Below, in pieces: positions 49,335 through 58,724 of a stretch of 64,000 nucleotides of DNA (position 1 is the first letter of the stretch; every line of letters starts with the position of its first letter). Source of the DNA: an uncultured Planctomycetia bacterium. GTDB lineage: Bacteria > Omnitrophota > Gorgyraeia > Tantalellales > Tantalellaceae. The position numbers and the translations under genes are program-made. The stretch is taken from NCBI GenBank assembly GCA_964565425.1, contig CAZMEZ010000003.1:18991-82990 (forward strand), in the 5' to 3' direction. The notes under the pieces are model-generated. The model made no database searches. It saw only the letters and a program-made list of their open reading frames with translations, and was not told the DNA's origin.

Positions 49335-50132
49335 ATGGGTAACTTCACCGTAGGCATAATAGGGTGCGGTAACATGGGAAGCGCCATAGTCAGGGGAATG
49401 GTCGAGAAGAAGGTTCTCGGCGGCGATTCTATCTTCTTATACGACAAAGATATACAAAAGTCTGAGACACTGGCGGGAAAGACCGGCTGCGCCCTTGGGG
49501 AGCTCTCCCGTATGGTGAGGGGCTCGGATCTTCTCATAATAGCCGTTAAACCGCAGGATTCGGAGGCGCTTTTTCGGGAGATAGCTTCCGACATCGCAGA
49601 TCAGACGGTAGTTTCCGTCATGGCAGGGGTAAGCATAGAGGTCATTACCGGAAGGCTGGGGAAAGTCCCCGTGGTAAGGGCAATGCCCAACATGGCGGCC
49701 GTTGTTTCCGAAGGGGTCACGTGCATAGCGCGTAATGACCTGGTAAAGAGAATGGAAGAGGTGAAAAACATTTTCACCGGCATCGGCAGTGTCGTTGAAA
49801 TAGAGGAAAAATTCATGGATGCCGTAACGGCCCTTTCGGGAAGCGGTCCGGCCTATCTGTTCTACCTGGCCGGATCCATGATCGAAGCCGCCGTTGAGAT
49901 GGGGATCGATGAGCGAAAGGCGGAGATGCTGGTAAAGCAGACACTTTACGGCGCGTCATGCCTTTTGCGCGGGGCGGACGAGAATCCGGAAAAGCTTATC
50001 GAGAAAGTAGCGTCAAGGGGCGGTACCACGGAAGCGGCGCTCGGGGTTTTCAAGGAAGACGATCTTAAGGGGATAATCAAGACGGCCATCAAAAAGGCCA
50101 GAGAACGTTCAGGGGAACTGTCGAAGGGGTGA
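49335..50132 (+). CDS. proC: Pyrroline-5-carboxylate reductase
   Basis: IGCGNMG, AVKPQ, RAMPN, TALSGSGPAY, VAS.GGTT. Confidence 0.96.
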   Translation: MGNFTVGIIGCGNMGSAIVRGMVEKKVLGGDSIFLYDKDIQKSETLAGKTGCALGELSRMVRGSDLLIIAVKPQDSEALFREIASDIADQTVVSVMAGVSIEVITGRLGKVPVVRAMPNMAAVVSEGVTCIARNDLVKRMEEVKNIFTGIGSVVEIEEKFMDAVTALSGSGPAYLFYLAGSMIEAAVEMGIDERKAEMLVKQTLYGASCLLRGADENPEKLIEKVASRGGTTEAALGVFKEDDLKGIIKTAIKKARERSGELSKG

Positions 50133-50134
50133 TC

Positions 50135-50431
50135 ATGTTCATTTTCGCCGAATTTTTGCGAAGTCTCGCTTTGCTCGTTTCGCTTGTGTTCAATGTCGTG
50201 TTCTTTCTTCTTGTCATCCGGATAATTCTTTCCTGGGTCAACCCCGATCCATATAACGAGATAGTGCAGATCATTTACAGGGTGACGGAGCCGATACTGG
50301 CGCCGTTCCGCAGGTTGCCACTGCAGGCGGGCGGGATAGATTTTTCGCCGATAATCGCGTTTATCCTCTTGAGTGTCCTGCGTAATTTGATGGTGAACAT
50401 ACTTTATCAGATAGCTTATCGTCTGGGATAA
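50135..50431 (+). CDS. yggT: YggT family membrane protein
   Basis: RIILSWV.PDPYN, TEP.LAPFRR, GIDFSPI. Confidence 0.92.
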   Translation: MFIFAEFLRSLALLVSLVFNVVFFLLVIRIILSWVNPDPYNEIVQIIYRVTEPILAPFRRLPLQAGGIDFSPIIAFILLSVLRNLMVNILYQIAYRLG

Positions 50432-50434
50432 AAG

Positions 50435-50487
50435 TGGTGAACGGGTAACGCCCAAGACATGTCACGCGTCACCCGTCACCCGTCACT
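50435..50487. repeat. 7-mer array (CCGTCAC family) with a degenerate left arm
   Basis: GGTGAACGGGTAACG ... GTCACGC GTCACCC GTCACCC GTCAC. Confidence 0.7.
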
Positions 50488-50494
50488 TTTTTAT

Positions 50495-50728
50495 ATGAGA
50501 ATAGAGATCAAGGTCTTTCCCAAATCTTCGAGAGAGCAGTTCGTTGAAAAGGACGGGAAGTTGAAGGCTTACGTGAAGGCCCCGCCGGATAAGGGCAAGG
50601 CCAATAAGGCCCTGATAGAGCTTATAGCAAAGGCATATAAGGTAAAAAAGAGCGAGGTGAAGATAATCGCGGGAGAGACGGGCAGGAACAAGGTGGTAGA
50701 GGTATCCGGGACGCGGGGGAAGCGATAA
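50495..50728 (+). CDS. DUF167/YggU family protein
   Basis: V.P.S, APPDKGKAN.ALI, I.AGETGR.K. Confidence 0.9.
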   Translation: MRIEIKVFPKSSREQFVEKDGKLKAYVKAPPDKGKANKALIELIAKAYKVKKSEVKIIAGETGRNKVVEVSGTRGKR

Positions 50729-50840
50729 GTGATAGGTGATACTTCCGTTGTTCGTCGATCGTCGTTCGAAATTCGGCACTACCGGCACTCATTACAAAGC
50801 ACAACGCGATATTCGAACCCCGAACTACGGACGACGAACT
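50723..50840. repeat. Composite GTGATAR array plus inverted TCGTCGT / ACGACGA arrays
   Basis: CGATAAG TGATAGG TGATAC; TTCGTCGATCGTCGTTCGAA ... TTCGAACCCCGAACTACGGACGACGAAC. Confidence 0.8.
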
Positions 50841-50875
50841 TGTGCCTTAAGCACGGATAACAAAAGGACAAAATC

Positions 50876-51739
50876 ATGGGAAGGATAGGCATAATAGGCG
50901 GAAGCGCTCTTTATCAAATCGAGGGGCTGGATGTTACGGAGACAAAGGAGGTCTCTACGCCTTTCGGCGAGCCTTCGGACGAACTGGTCATCGGGAAATT
51001 GGCGGGAAAAGAAGTAGCGTTTCTCCCCAGGCACCAGAGGACCCATAGCCTGCTCCCCACGGAAATAAACTACAGGGCGAACATATTCGCCATGAAACTT
51101 ATGGGTGTCGACAGGATAATATCCATTTCGGCCGTCGGCAGTCTTAAGGAAGAAGTAAAGCCGCTGGATGTGCTCCTTGTGGACCAGTTCATAGACAGGA
51201 CCAACCAGGGCCGGTCCACGACCTTTTTCGGCGATGGTTTCGTGGCGCACGTGGCTTTCGCTCAGCCGGTATGTTCCGAGATGAAGGATATTATCTATAA
51301 AAGCAACCGCGCGCTTGATATCAAGATACACGACGGAGGGACGTATATCAACATGGAAGGCCCCGCTTTTTCCACGAAGGCCGAGTCATATCTTTACAAG
51401 AGCTGGGGCGCCGATGTGATAGGAATGACAAACATACAGGAAGCGCGCCTTTCAAGGGAAGCCGGTATTTGCTATTCCACGATCGCTATGATAACGGATT
51501 ACGATTGCTGGCATCTAAGCCCGGAAGTCGAGACGGTATCGGTCGATGTTGTCCTGGAGAATCTCAACAAAAATGCCGATATGGCCAAAAAGATGCTGGT
51601 GAATACGATAAAGAGCCTTCCGGAGAAAAGGTCATGTGGTTGCGGCGAAGCGCTTCGCAACGCTATCGTTACCAGGAGGGAAGCCGTTCCGAAGGAGACG
51701 CTTGAGAGATTAAAGCCGATAATAGAGGGGTTTATTTGA
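50876..51739 (+). CDS. mtnP: S-methyl-5'-thioadenosine phosphorylase
   Basis: GIIGGS, TPFG.PS, NYRANI.A, AVGSL, EGP.FST.AES, IGMT, TDYDCW. Confidence 0.94.
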   Translation: MGRIGIIGGSALYQIEGLDVTETKEVSTPFGEPSDELVIGKLAGKEVAFLPRHQRTHSLLPTEINYRANIFAMKLMGVDRIISISAVGSLKEEVKPLDVLLVDQFIDRTNQGRSTTFFGDGFVAHVAFAQPVCSEMKDIIYKSNRALDIKIHDGGTYINMEGPAFSTKAESYLYKSWGADVIGMTNIQEARLSREAGICYSTIAMITDYDCWHLSPEVETVSVDVVLENLNKNADMAKKMLVNTIKSLPEKRSCGCGEALRNAIVTRREAVPKETLERLKPIIEGFI

Positions 51740-51740
51740 T

Positions 51741-51785
51741 CGGCGTTCGTCGTTAGTCGTTCGCAGTTCGCAGTTCGCAGAACGG
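51741..51785. repeat. 7-mer array GTTCGYM x5
   Basis: GTTCGTC GTTAGTC GTTCGCA GTTCGCA GTTCGCA. Confidence 0.8.
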
Positions 51786-51792
51786 GAATGAT

Positions 51793-54624
51793 ATGAGTAA
51801 AGAGAAGACTAAAAATTATAAGGATACTTTGAACCTGCCGAAGACCGCTTTCCCCATGAAGGCCAGTCTTCCCCGGAAGGAACCCGAGGTCCTCAAAAGA
51901 TGGCAGCAGGAAGACATCTACGGGAAAATAATGGACGGGCGCAAAGACGCCGACAAAACCTTCATACTGCATGACGGGCCTCCATATGCCAACGGTCACA
52001 TACACATGGGCCATGTCCTTAACAAAATGCTCAAGGACATCTGCGTCAAGTACTTTACCATGAAAGGTTTCAGGTCCCCGTTCATACCGGGATGGGACTG
52101 CCACGGCCTTCCGGTCGAGCATCAGCTTTTCAAGGAGCTGGAAATATCGAAGCACGATATCGATCAGGTCAAGTTCCGCAAGAAGGCGTACGATTATGCC
52201 ATGAAGTTCGTGGGCATACAGGCGGCGGAGTTCCAGCGGCTGGGTATTTTCGGTGACTGGGAGAAGCCTTATCTGACGCTTGCCAGGGATTACGAAGCCG
52301 ATATACTTTCCGCACTTGCCGATCTTTACAAGAAGGGTTATATATACAAGGACCTGAAGCCGGTCAACTGGTGTAAGGATTGCGAGACCGCCCTGGCGGA
52401 AGCCGAGGTGGAATACGAAGAAAGGACGTCCCCCTCGATATACGTAAAGTTCAGGTCCGGGCAAAAGATAGACGATAAACCGGCATTTTTCGTGATATGG
52501 ACCACTACGCCATGGACACTTCTGGCGAATGCGGCCGTGGCGCTTCATCCTTCGTTTAATTACGCGCAGGTAAAAACAGGCGGCGAGATCTGGATAATGG
52601 ACGAGGACAGGGTTGGAGCCGTGATGAAAGAATCCGGTGTCGAGGGCTATGAGATACAGGGCAGGAAGACCGGCGAAGAAATGATAGATGAGCACAAGGC
52701 GGTAAGGCATCCCTTCATCGACCGCGAATCGGTGCTGGTCCCGGCCGAATATGTTACAAAAGAGGACGGAACGGGGTGTGTCCATACCGCGCCGGGGCAC
52801 GGACAGGAAGATTACGTAACGGGCAAGAAATTCAACCTGCCCGTTATAATGCCGGTCGATGACAGAGGCAGGTTCACCAAAGAAGCAGGCGAGTTCGCCG
52901 GTCTTGATGTCATGAAGGCAAATAAGGAGATAATCGGCAAAATGCGCGCGGATGGGACACTCATATGGGCGGGGGAGGTCACTCATTCGTATCCGCATTG
53001 CTGGCGCTGCAGGCAGCCGATCATATTTCGCGCGACGGAACAATGGTTCATGGATATAGATCATGACGGGCTGCGGGAAAAAATGACCGGGACGATCGCG
53101 AACGAAGTCGAATGGATCCCGGCAATGGGAATGGAACGCATAGGGGCGATGGTGAAGATGCGTCCCGATTGGTGCCTTTCGCGTCAGAGGTACTGGGGGG
53201 TTCCCATACCCTCTTTCAGGTGCGCGTCATGCGGCGAATCCGTTACGAGCGCGGAAACAATAAAGAAAATCGCGGAACTGACCAGGCGGGAAGGCTCCGA
53301 TGTCTGGTTCGAAAAAAGCGCCGAGGACCTTATGGGCTCCGACCTTTCCTGCAAATGCGGTAAGAAGGAATTTCGGAAGGAGAGCGACATACTCGATGTG
53401 TGGTTCGACTCCGGGGTAAGTCATAAGGCCGTTCTCGAAGCGAGGGAGGAGCTTGGATTCCCGGCGGATCTGTATCTCGAGGGGTCCGACCAGCACAGGG
53501 GGTGGTTTCAGGCGGCGCTGATAACCGCGATGGCCATAAAAGGGGAATCTCCTTACCGAAAGGTTCTTACTCACGGGTTCGTGGTGGACGGCGAGGGCAA
53601 AAAGATGTCGAAGTCCGTGGGCAACGTAATAAGCCCCGAGGATGTGATGAAAAAGTATGGCGCCGACATACTAAGGTTATGGGTGGCATCAAGCGATTAC
53701 GTCGGGGACATAAAACTTTCGACGGAAATACTGGAGCGCCTGGCCGACGGCTACAGGAAGATACGCAATACTTTCCGTTTTTTTCTCAGCAATCTTTACG
53801 ATTTTGATCCGGCGGGCGACGCGGTCGATCCCGCGGCAATGTCCGAAACGGACAGGTGGATGCTTTCCGCGCTGCACGGCCTGGTCAGAGATGTCACCGG
53901 ATATTACGATAACTGGGAGTTCCACAAGGTCTACAGGGCGGTATATAATTTCTGCGTGTACGAGGTCAGCGCTTTTTATCTTGACGTCATGAAAGACTTG
54001 TTGTATATACTCTCTCCGGGCGATCCCGCCAGGAGGTCGGCGCAGACCGTCATGTTCAGGATGCTGCACGCGCTTGTCCGCATGGTGGCGCCGATACTTT
54101 CATTTACCGCCGAAGAAGTATGGGGATACATGGAATTCGACGGTAAAGAGGACAGTGTCCACATGTCGAACTGGCCCGATGCCGATAAAGAGATGCGAGG
54201 GTGGGGGGATCCCGCCCTGGATGCGAAATGGAAGAAGATACTCGGGATGCGGGACGGGGTAATGAAGGTCCTCGAGAGGAGGCGGGAAGAGGGGGTTATA
54301 GGCAGCTCCCTCGAGGCAGCCGTGACCCTGTGTTCCGATAACGTTGACCTGCTGGATTTCATAAACGAGAACATCGAACTCTTGCCGGCGCTTTTCAAGA
54401 TATCAAAGGCCACGGCATCGGGGGAACCCGTTAAGGACGCGGAAGAGATACCGGGCTTTCCGGTCAAGGTGGCCGTGACCCGCGCAAGCGGCGCCAAGTG
54501 CCAGAGATGCTGGAATTACAGCGAGACCGTGGGTGAGCGGAAAGATTCCCCCGATCTTTGCGAACGATGTTATAATATAACCTCGGAAAGGAGCAATAAT
54601 GGTAAAAAAGAAGACAACGGGTAA
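51793..54624 (+). CDS. ileS: Isoleucine--tRNA ligase (type 1)
   Basis: LHDGPPYANG, HMGH, PGWDCHGLP, WTTTPWT, YLEGSDQHRGWF, KMSKS, C-terminal CQRCW...LCERC. Confidence 0.98.
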   Translation: MSKEKTKNYKDTLNLPKTAFPMKASLPRKEPEVLKRWQQEDIYGKIMDGRKDADKTFILHDGPPYANGHIHMGHVLNKMLKDICVKYFTMKGFRSPFIPGWDCHGLPVEHQLFKELEISKHDIDQVKFRKKAYDYAMKFVGIQAAEFQRLGIFGDWEKPYLTLARDYEADILSALADLYKKGYIYKDLKPVNWCKDCETALAEAEVEYEERTSPSIYVKFRSGQKIDDKPAFFVIWTTTPWTLLANAAVALHPSFNYAQVKTGGEIWIMDEDRVGAVMKESGVEGYEIQGRKTGEEMIDEHKAVRHPFIDRESVLVPAEYVTKEDGTGCVHTAPGHGQEDYVTGKKFNLPVIMPVDDRGRFTKEAGEFAGLDVMKANKEIIGKMRADGTLIWAGEVTHSYPHCWRCRQPIIFRATEQWFMDIDHDGLREKMTGTIANEVEWIPAMGMERIGAMVKMRPDWCLSRQRYWGVPIPSFRCASCGESVTSAETIKKIAELTRREGSDVWFEKSAEDLMGSDLSCKCGKKEFRKESDILDVWFDSGVSHKAVLEAREELGFPADLYLEGSDQHRGWFQAALITAMAIKGESPYRKVLTHGFVVDGEGKKMSKSVGNVISPEDVMKKYGADILRLWVASSDYVGDIKLSTEILERLADGYRKIRNTFRFFLSNLYDFDPAGDAVDPAAMSETDRWMLSALHGLVRDVTGYYDNWEFHKVYRAVYNFCVYEVSAFYLDVMKDLLYILSPGDPARRSAQTVMFRMLHALVRMVAPILSFTAEEVWGYMEFDGKEDSVHMSNWPDADKEMRGWGDPALDAKWKKILGMRDGVMKVLERRREEGVIGSSLEAAVTLCSDNVDLLDFINENIELLPALFKISKATASGEPVKDAEEIPGFPVKVAVTRASGAKCQRCWNYSETVGERKDSPDLCERCYNITSERSNNGKKEDNG

Positions 54625-55012
54625 AAAGTCTTTTGTAAAAAAGGACTTGGAATCCATAAGAAAACAACTGGTAAAGGAAAAAGCCAAGATACTCGAGGAC
54701 ATAATAAGCCTCCAGGGCGATTCGGTTAAGAAGTCACTTAAGGACGCTTCCGGCGATCTTTCAGGTTATACTTTCCATATGGCTGACATGGCCACGGACC
54801 TCTACGACCGCGAATTTTCGCTGGAGCTGTCGGAAGGCGAAAGGGAGAGGTTGTTCGCCCTCGATGAAGCCATAAGACGTATAGATGAAGGAACGTATGG
54901 GAAGTGTTCCAGCTGCGGTCGCGCCATCTCAAAACAGCGCCTTAAAGTCATGCCGCAGGCGGAACTCTGTATCAAATGCCAGGAAAAGAAAGAAAGATCC
55001 GGGGGGAGATAG
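54599..55012 (+). CDS. TraR/DksA C4 zinc-finger protein
   Basis: HMAD.ATD, GTYGKCSSCG..I...RL...P.A.LCIKCQ. Confidence 0.92.
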   Translation: MVKKKTTGKKSFVKKDLESIRKQLVKEKAKILEDIISLQGDSVKKSLKDASGDLSGYTFHMADMATDLYDREFSLELSEGERERLFALDEAIRRIDEGTYGKCSSCGRAISKQRLKVMPQAELCIKCQEKKERSGGR

Positions 55013-55461
55013 TTCTTATCTACTCCGTTTCCGCTCTTGTGTTCCTGCTGGACCAGGTATCGAAACATTTCGTAAGAACGATGTTCCAGCAGGGCAGCAG
55101 CATCCCCGTCATCGATGATCTGTTCCACATCACTTTAGTGTACAACACCGGAGCCGCTTTCGGCATGCTCAAAGCCTGGCCATATCTTTTCGTTGCCGTT
55201 TCCGTTCTGGCGGTGGCGATCATAAACTACATGTTTCTCAAAAAACGGCACGTCCTTAAACCGGGAGAAAAAGCCGCTCTCTGCTTTATAATGGCGGGGA
55301 CGCTGGGCAACCTTGCGGACAGGATCCGATTGGGATGCGTTGTGGATTTCATCGACCTGAGGGTGTGGCCGGTCTTTAATGTCGCGGATAGCTTCATCAC
55401 GATAGGCGCCGTGATGCTGGGCTGGTCCATCTTCATGGGGATCAGGAGGCGTAATGCATAG
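54976..55461 (+). CDS. lspA: Lipoprotein signal peptidase II
   Basis: DQ.SK, NTGAAFG, GNL.DR, VVDFID, WPVFNVAD. Confidence 0.95.
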   Translation: MPGKERKIRGEIVLIYSVSALVFLLDQVSKHFVRTMFQQGSSIPVIDDLFHITLVYNTGAAFGMLKAWPYLFVAVSVLAVAIINYMFLKKRHVLKPGEKAALCFIMAGTLGNLADRIRLGCVVDFIDLRVWPVFNVADSFITIGAVMLGWSIFMGIRRRNA

Positions 55462-56215
55462 AATAATCGGGCAGATAGGGCCCTTTACGTTGTATTCCTA
55501 CGGCTTGATGGTCGCCATCGGTTTTCTTTTGTCTACCGTTCTTATTCTCAGGGATTCCGGCAAGTTCAATCTTTCGAGGGATGATGTTTTTGACTGCCTT
55601 ATAGCGGTTTTGGCGGGCGGTATCGCCGGCGGGCGCCTTTTGTTCGTTTTCATAAATTACAGGTACTATCTGGAAAATCCCTTGAGGATCTTCGCTATTT
55701 ACGAGGGCGGGCTGGCCATACAGGGAGCCCTGGCAGGCGCGGTCCTGAGCGGTGCCATAGTTGCCCTGGTCAAGGGGATGCCATTCTGGAGGACCAGCGA
55801 TCTCATCGCGCCTTACGCGGCGCTCGGACAGGCGGTGGGACGGATAGGGTGTTTCTTGAACGGGTGCTGTTATGGCACGGTGACGGAAAACGGGATAGGG
55901 GTCACATTCCCCGGTGAATCCTTTATGAGGGTGCCGATCCAGGTGTATTCCAGCCTTTTTCTCGTTCTCGTCTTTATTACCCTGATATCTCTGAGAGAGA
56001 AGCGCCCTTTTGACGGAGCCCTGTTCTCCATTTATCTTGTCCTGTATTCGTTCTTCAGATTTTTCGCCGATTATTTTCGCGGGGACGACTTGACCGCTTT
56101 CGGGGGCGGGTTAACGCTTTCACAGGTCATCAGCGCATTCACGTTCGCCTCCGGCGTTATCATTTTCCTGACGCTGGCGGTCCTCAAGGGAATGGGCGAA
56201 ACCGCAAAAAGGTGA
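55454..56215 (+). CDS. lgt: Prolipoprotein diacylglyceryl transferase
   Basis: YG.M, GGRL, GGL...G, GQAVGRIGCFLNGCCYG, P.Q.Y, SQ. Confidence 0.93.
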   Translation: MHRIIGQIGPFTLYSYGLMVAIGFLLSTVLILRDSGKFNLSRDDVFDCLIAVLAGGIAGGRLLFVFINYRYYLENPLRIFAIYEGGLAIQGALAGAVLSGAIVALVKGMPFWRTSDLIAPYAALGQAVGRIGCFLNGCCYGTVTENGIGVTFPGESFMRVPIQVYSSLFLVLVFITLISLREKRPFDGALFSIYLVLYSFFRFFADYFRGDDLTAFGGGLTLSQVISAFTFASGVIIFLTLAVLKGMGETAKR

Positions 56216-56221
56216 TCCGCT

Positions 56222-57139
56222 ATGGAGGAGATCAAGCTCAAGATAGATCCGGAAGAGGCCGGCGCCAGAATAGACAAGTGTGTCGCGGATAAGCTCGGGG
56301 AAGATTACTCCCGGACATACGTGAGATTCCTTATAGACCGGGGGTTTCTTCTCGTTAACGGGAAGAAGGAAAAGCCCAGGTATATCGCCAGGGCCGGCGA
56401 CGAGGTTGTTCTTTCTCTGGCGCCGCTCCCCAGGGACGAAGCATTGAAACCGGAAGACATGCCTCTGGACGTAGTTTACGAGGACGAACACATCGCGGTC
56501 ATTAACAAGCCCGCGGGCATGGTGGTCCATCCGGCCGCGGGCAACTGGAGCGGAACCCTTGTTAACGCGCTTCTTTTCCATTGCGGCAAGCTCGCGGACA
56601 GCGACGATGAGACGCGTCCGGGGGTCGTGCACCGCCTTGATAAGGATACCTCCGGCATTATCGTTGTCGCCAAGAACAGCAGGGCCATGCGGTCGCTTGG
56701 CAAGCAGTTCCAGAACAGGAAGGTGAAGAAAAAATACGTTGCTCTTGTCAAAGGACGCGTTGAAATGGATAATGGTGTTATAGACGCCCCTGTAGGCAGA
56801 CACCCCGCGAACAGACAAAAAATGGCCGTGAACACGGAGGGCGCCAGAGAAGCCAGGACCGTCTATCATGTAATAAAGAGATACGGGAACTTTACGCATC
56901 TCGAGGTCTATCCGGAAACGGGCAGGATGCATCAGATAAGGGTGCATCTGGATCACATCGGTTATCCGGTCCTGGGCGACAGTGTATACGGCAGGGATGC
57001 CAGGTTTGGCCGCCAGGCGCTGCACGCCGAGATGATAGGTTTTACGCATCCGGATTCCGGCAAGTACATGGAATTCCGCGCGCCCCTGCCGGAGGATATG
57101 CGGAAGTTCTTAGCGGAAGCGGAGAAGGGCAAGAAATAG
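56222..57139 (+). CDS. rluD: RluA/RluD family pseudouridine synthase
   Basis: N-terminal S4 domain, NKPAG.VVHP, HRLDKDTSG, TGR.HQIRVH, ALHA. Confidence 0.92.
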   Translation: MEEIKLKIDPEEAGARIDKCVADKLGEDYSRTYVRFLIDRGFLLVNGKKEKPRYIARAGDEVVLSLAPLPRDEALKPEDMPLDVVYEDEHIAVINKPAGMVVHPAAGNWSGTLVNALLFHCGKLADSDDETRPGVVHRLDKDTSGIIVVAKNSRAMRSLGKQFQNRKVKKKYVALVKGRVEMDNGVIDAPVGRHPANRQKMAVNTEGAREARTVYHVIKRYGNFTHLEVYPETGRMHQIRVHLDHIGYPVLGDSVYGRDARFGRQALHAEMIGFTHPDSGKYMEFRAPLPEDMRKFLAEAEKGKK

Positions 57140-57140
57140 G

Positions 57141-57217
57141 ATGTCGTGTTATGTGTAAAGTGTCATGTGTCATGAAGGGTGCCGACACATTACACATTAC
57201 ACGTGACACATAACACA
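57141..57217. repeat. Inverted 7-mer arrays (same family as 47951-48021)
   Basis: GTGTTAT GTGTAAA GTGTCAT GTGTCAT ... ACACATT ACACATT ACACGTG ACACATA ACACA. Confidence 0.88.
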
Positions 57218-57226
57218 GGGAAAAAC

Positions 57227-58519
57227 ATGGACTGGAAGATAAGCAAAGCCGATTCGGGACTCAGGGGCGTATTGGAAGTGCCGCCCGACAAGAGTATTTC
57301 GCACAGGGCCGTGATGTTCGCTTCCATATCCACCGGGGAATGCAGCATAGCGAATTTTCTTTTCGGCGAGGACTGCGTGAGTACACTCAACGCCTTTCGG
57401 GCAATGGGAGTGGAAATAGCGAAAGAAGGTAAGGGCCTGGCGGTAAAGGGAAGAGGCCTTAAGGGTTTACGCGAGCCGCAGTCCGAGCTTTATCTCGGGA
57501 ATTCCGGGACGACGATGCGTATTATATCCGGGATACTCGCCGGACAGGATTTTACGGCGGTTCTTACCGGCGATGAGTCCCTTTCAAAGCGTCCGATGCG
57601 GCGTATCATGGATCCGCTCAGGATGATGGGGGCAAGCGTAGAATCCATTAATGGAGGGGACCACGCCCCGTTAAAAATAACGGGAGCAAGAGGCTCTCTA
57701 AAGGCTATCGATTGTGTCCTGCCCATGGCCAGTGCCCAGGTGAAGTCGTGTGTGCTGGCAGCCGGTCTTTACGCCGACGGTACGACAAAGGTCACCGAGC
57801 CATTTCAGTCGAGGGACCATACCGAACGTATGCTTGAACTCTTCTCGGCGGATATCAAAAAAGGGGGTCTTGGCACGGAGATCAGTGGGCTGAAGGAACT
57901 TGTTCCCAGGGACATCGTAGTTCCCGGTGATATTTCCAGTGCCGCGTTCTTTATTGTCGCAGCCCTGGTAGTAAAAGGGTCTAAGCTGGTTTTGCGCAAC
58001 GTCGGGCTGAACCCGACGCGGACGGGAATGATCGACGTACTTAAGAGGATGGGGGCGAAAATAAACATTCTTGACCGCTGCAACGGTGTCGAGCCCAAAG
58101 GAGACATAGAGGTCAGGTATTCCGATCTCAGGGGCACGGTCGTGGAAGAAAAAGAGATCCCTCTTTTGATAGACGAGATCCCGGTCCTCGCGGTAGCCGC
58201 GTCCGTAGCCGAAGGGGAGACGGTCATGAGGGGCATAAAAGAGCTTAAGGTCAAAGAGACGGACCGTGTAAAGGCCGTTAAAGACAACCTTTCCCTGATG
58301 GGTGTGAAAACGGGGGAAGAAGGCGACAGTCTTAAGATCAAGGGAACGGCCGCTGCCTTGAGCGCCTCGGAAGTGAATAGCTACGGTGACCACCGAATCG
58401 CCATGAGCATGGCGATAGCCGCGCTGGTGTCCGACGGAACGTGTCTTGTCCGGGATACAAGTTGCGCGGAAACATCCTACCCCGCTTTTTTGCGAGATAT
58501 GGGGAAAATATCGAAGTAA
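57227..58519 (+). CDS. aroA: EPSP synthase
   Basis: DKSISHR, GNSGTT.R, RPM.R, ASAQVKS, RDHTE, IDEIP, KETDR, DHRIAM. Confidence 0.97.
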   Translation: MDWKISKADSGLRGVLEVPPDKSISHRAVMFASISTGECSIANFLFGEDCVSTLNAFRAMGVEIAKEGKGLAVKGRGLKGLREPQSELYLGNSGTTMRIISGILAGQDFTAVLTGDESLSKRPMRRIMDPLRMMGASVESINGGDHAPLKITGARGSLKAIDCVLPMASAQVKSCVLAAGLYADGTTKVTEPFQSRDHTERMLELFSADIKKGGLGTEISGLKELVPRDIVVPGDISSAAFFIVAALVVKGSKLVLRNVGLNPTRTGMIDVLKRMGAKINILDRCNGVEPKGDIEVRYSDLRGTVVEEKEIPLLIDEIPVLAVAASVAEGETVMRGIKELKVKETDRVKAVKDNLSLMGVKTGEEGDSLKIKGTAAALSASEVNSYGDHRIAMSMAIAALVSDGTCLVRDTSCAETSYPAFLRDMGKISK

Positions 58520-58624
58520 ACCGTTTCGAACGGCGGTCTTGCGACATTTTTAGTATATACTCAAAACCTGCGCGGTCTCTCCCTGTAAGCCCCGCCATCC
58601 AGATTATATAACACATAAAAAAAT

Positions 58625-58653
58625 TTGACTTTGCATAAGTTATCTGGTAGTAT
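58625..58653 (+). promoter_or_regulatory. Probable sigma70 promoter of the mre operon
   Basis: TTGACT, 17 bp spacer, TAGTAT with upstream TG. Confidence 0.55.
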
Positions 58654-58724
58654 TTTTACAAACCATAAAAAGTTGGCTCATAACCCGTTATCAGCAAATG
58701 TATTACAGGGGGTAGAAATATATT

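Noticed and set aside
51499-53064. Long antisense ORFs (also 26897-28087, 44379-45569, 34894-35910, 10489-11466, 39818-40777)
   Set aside because: They are shadow frames opposite well-conserved genes and show no motifs or RBS.
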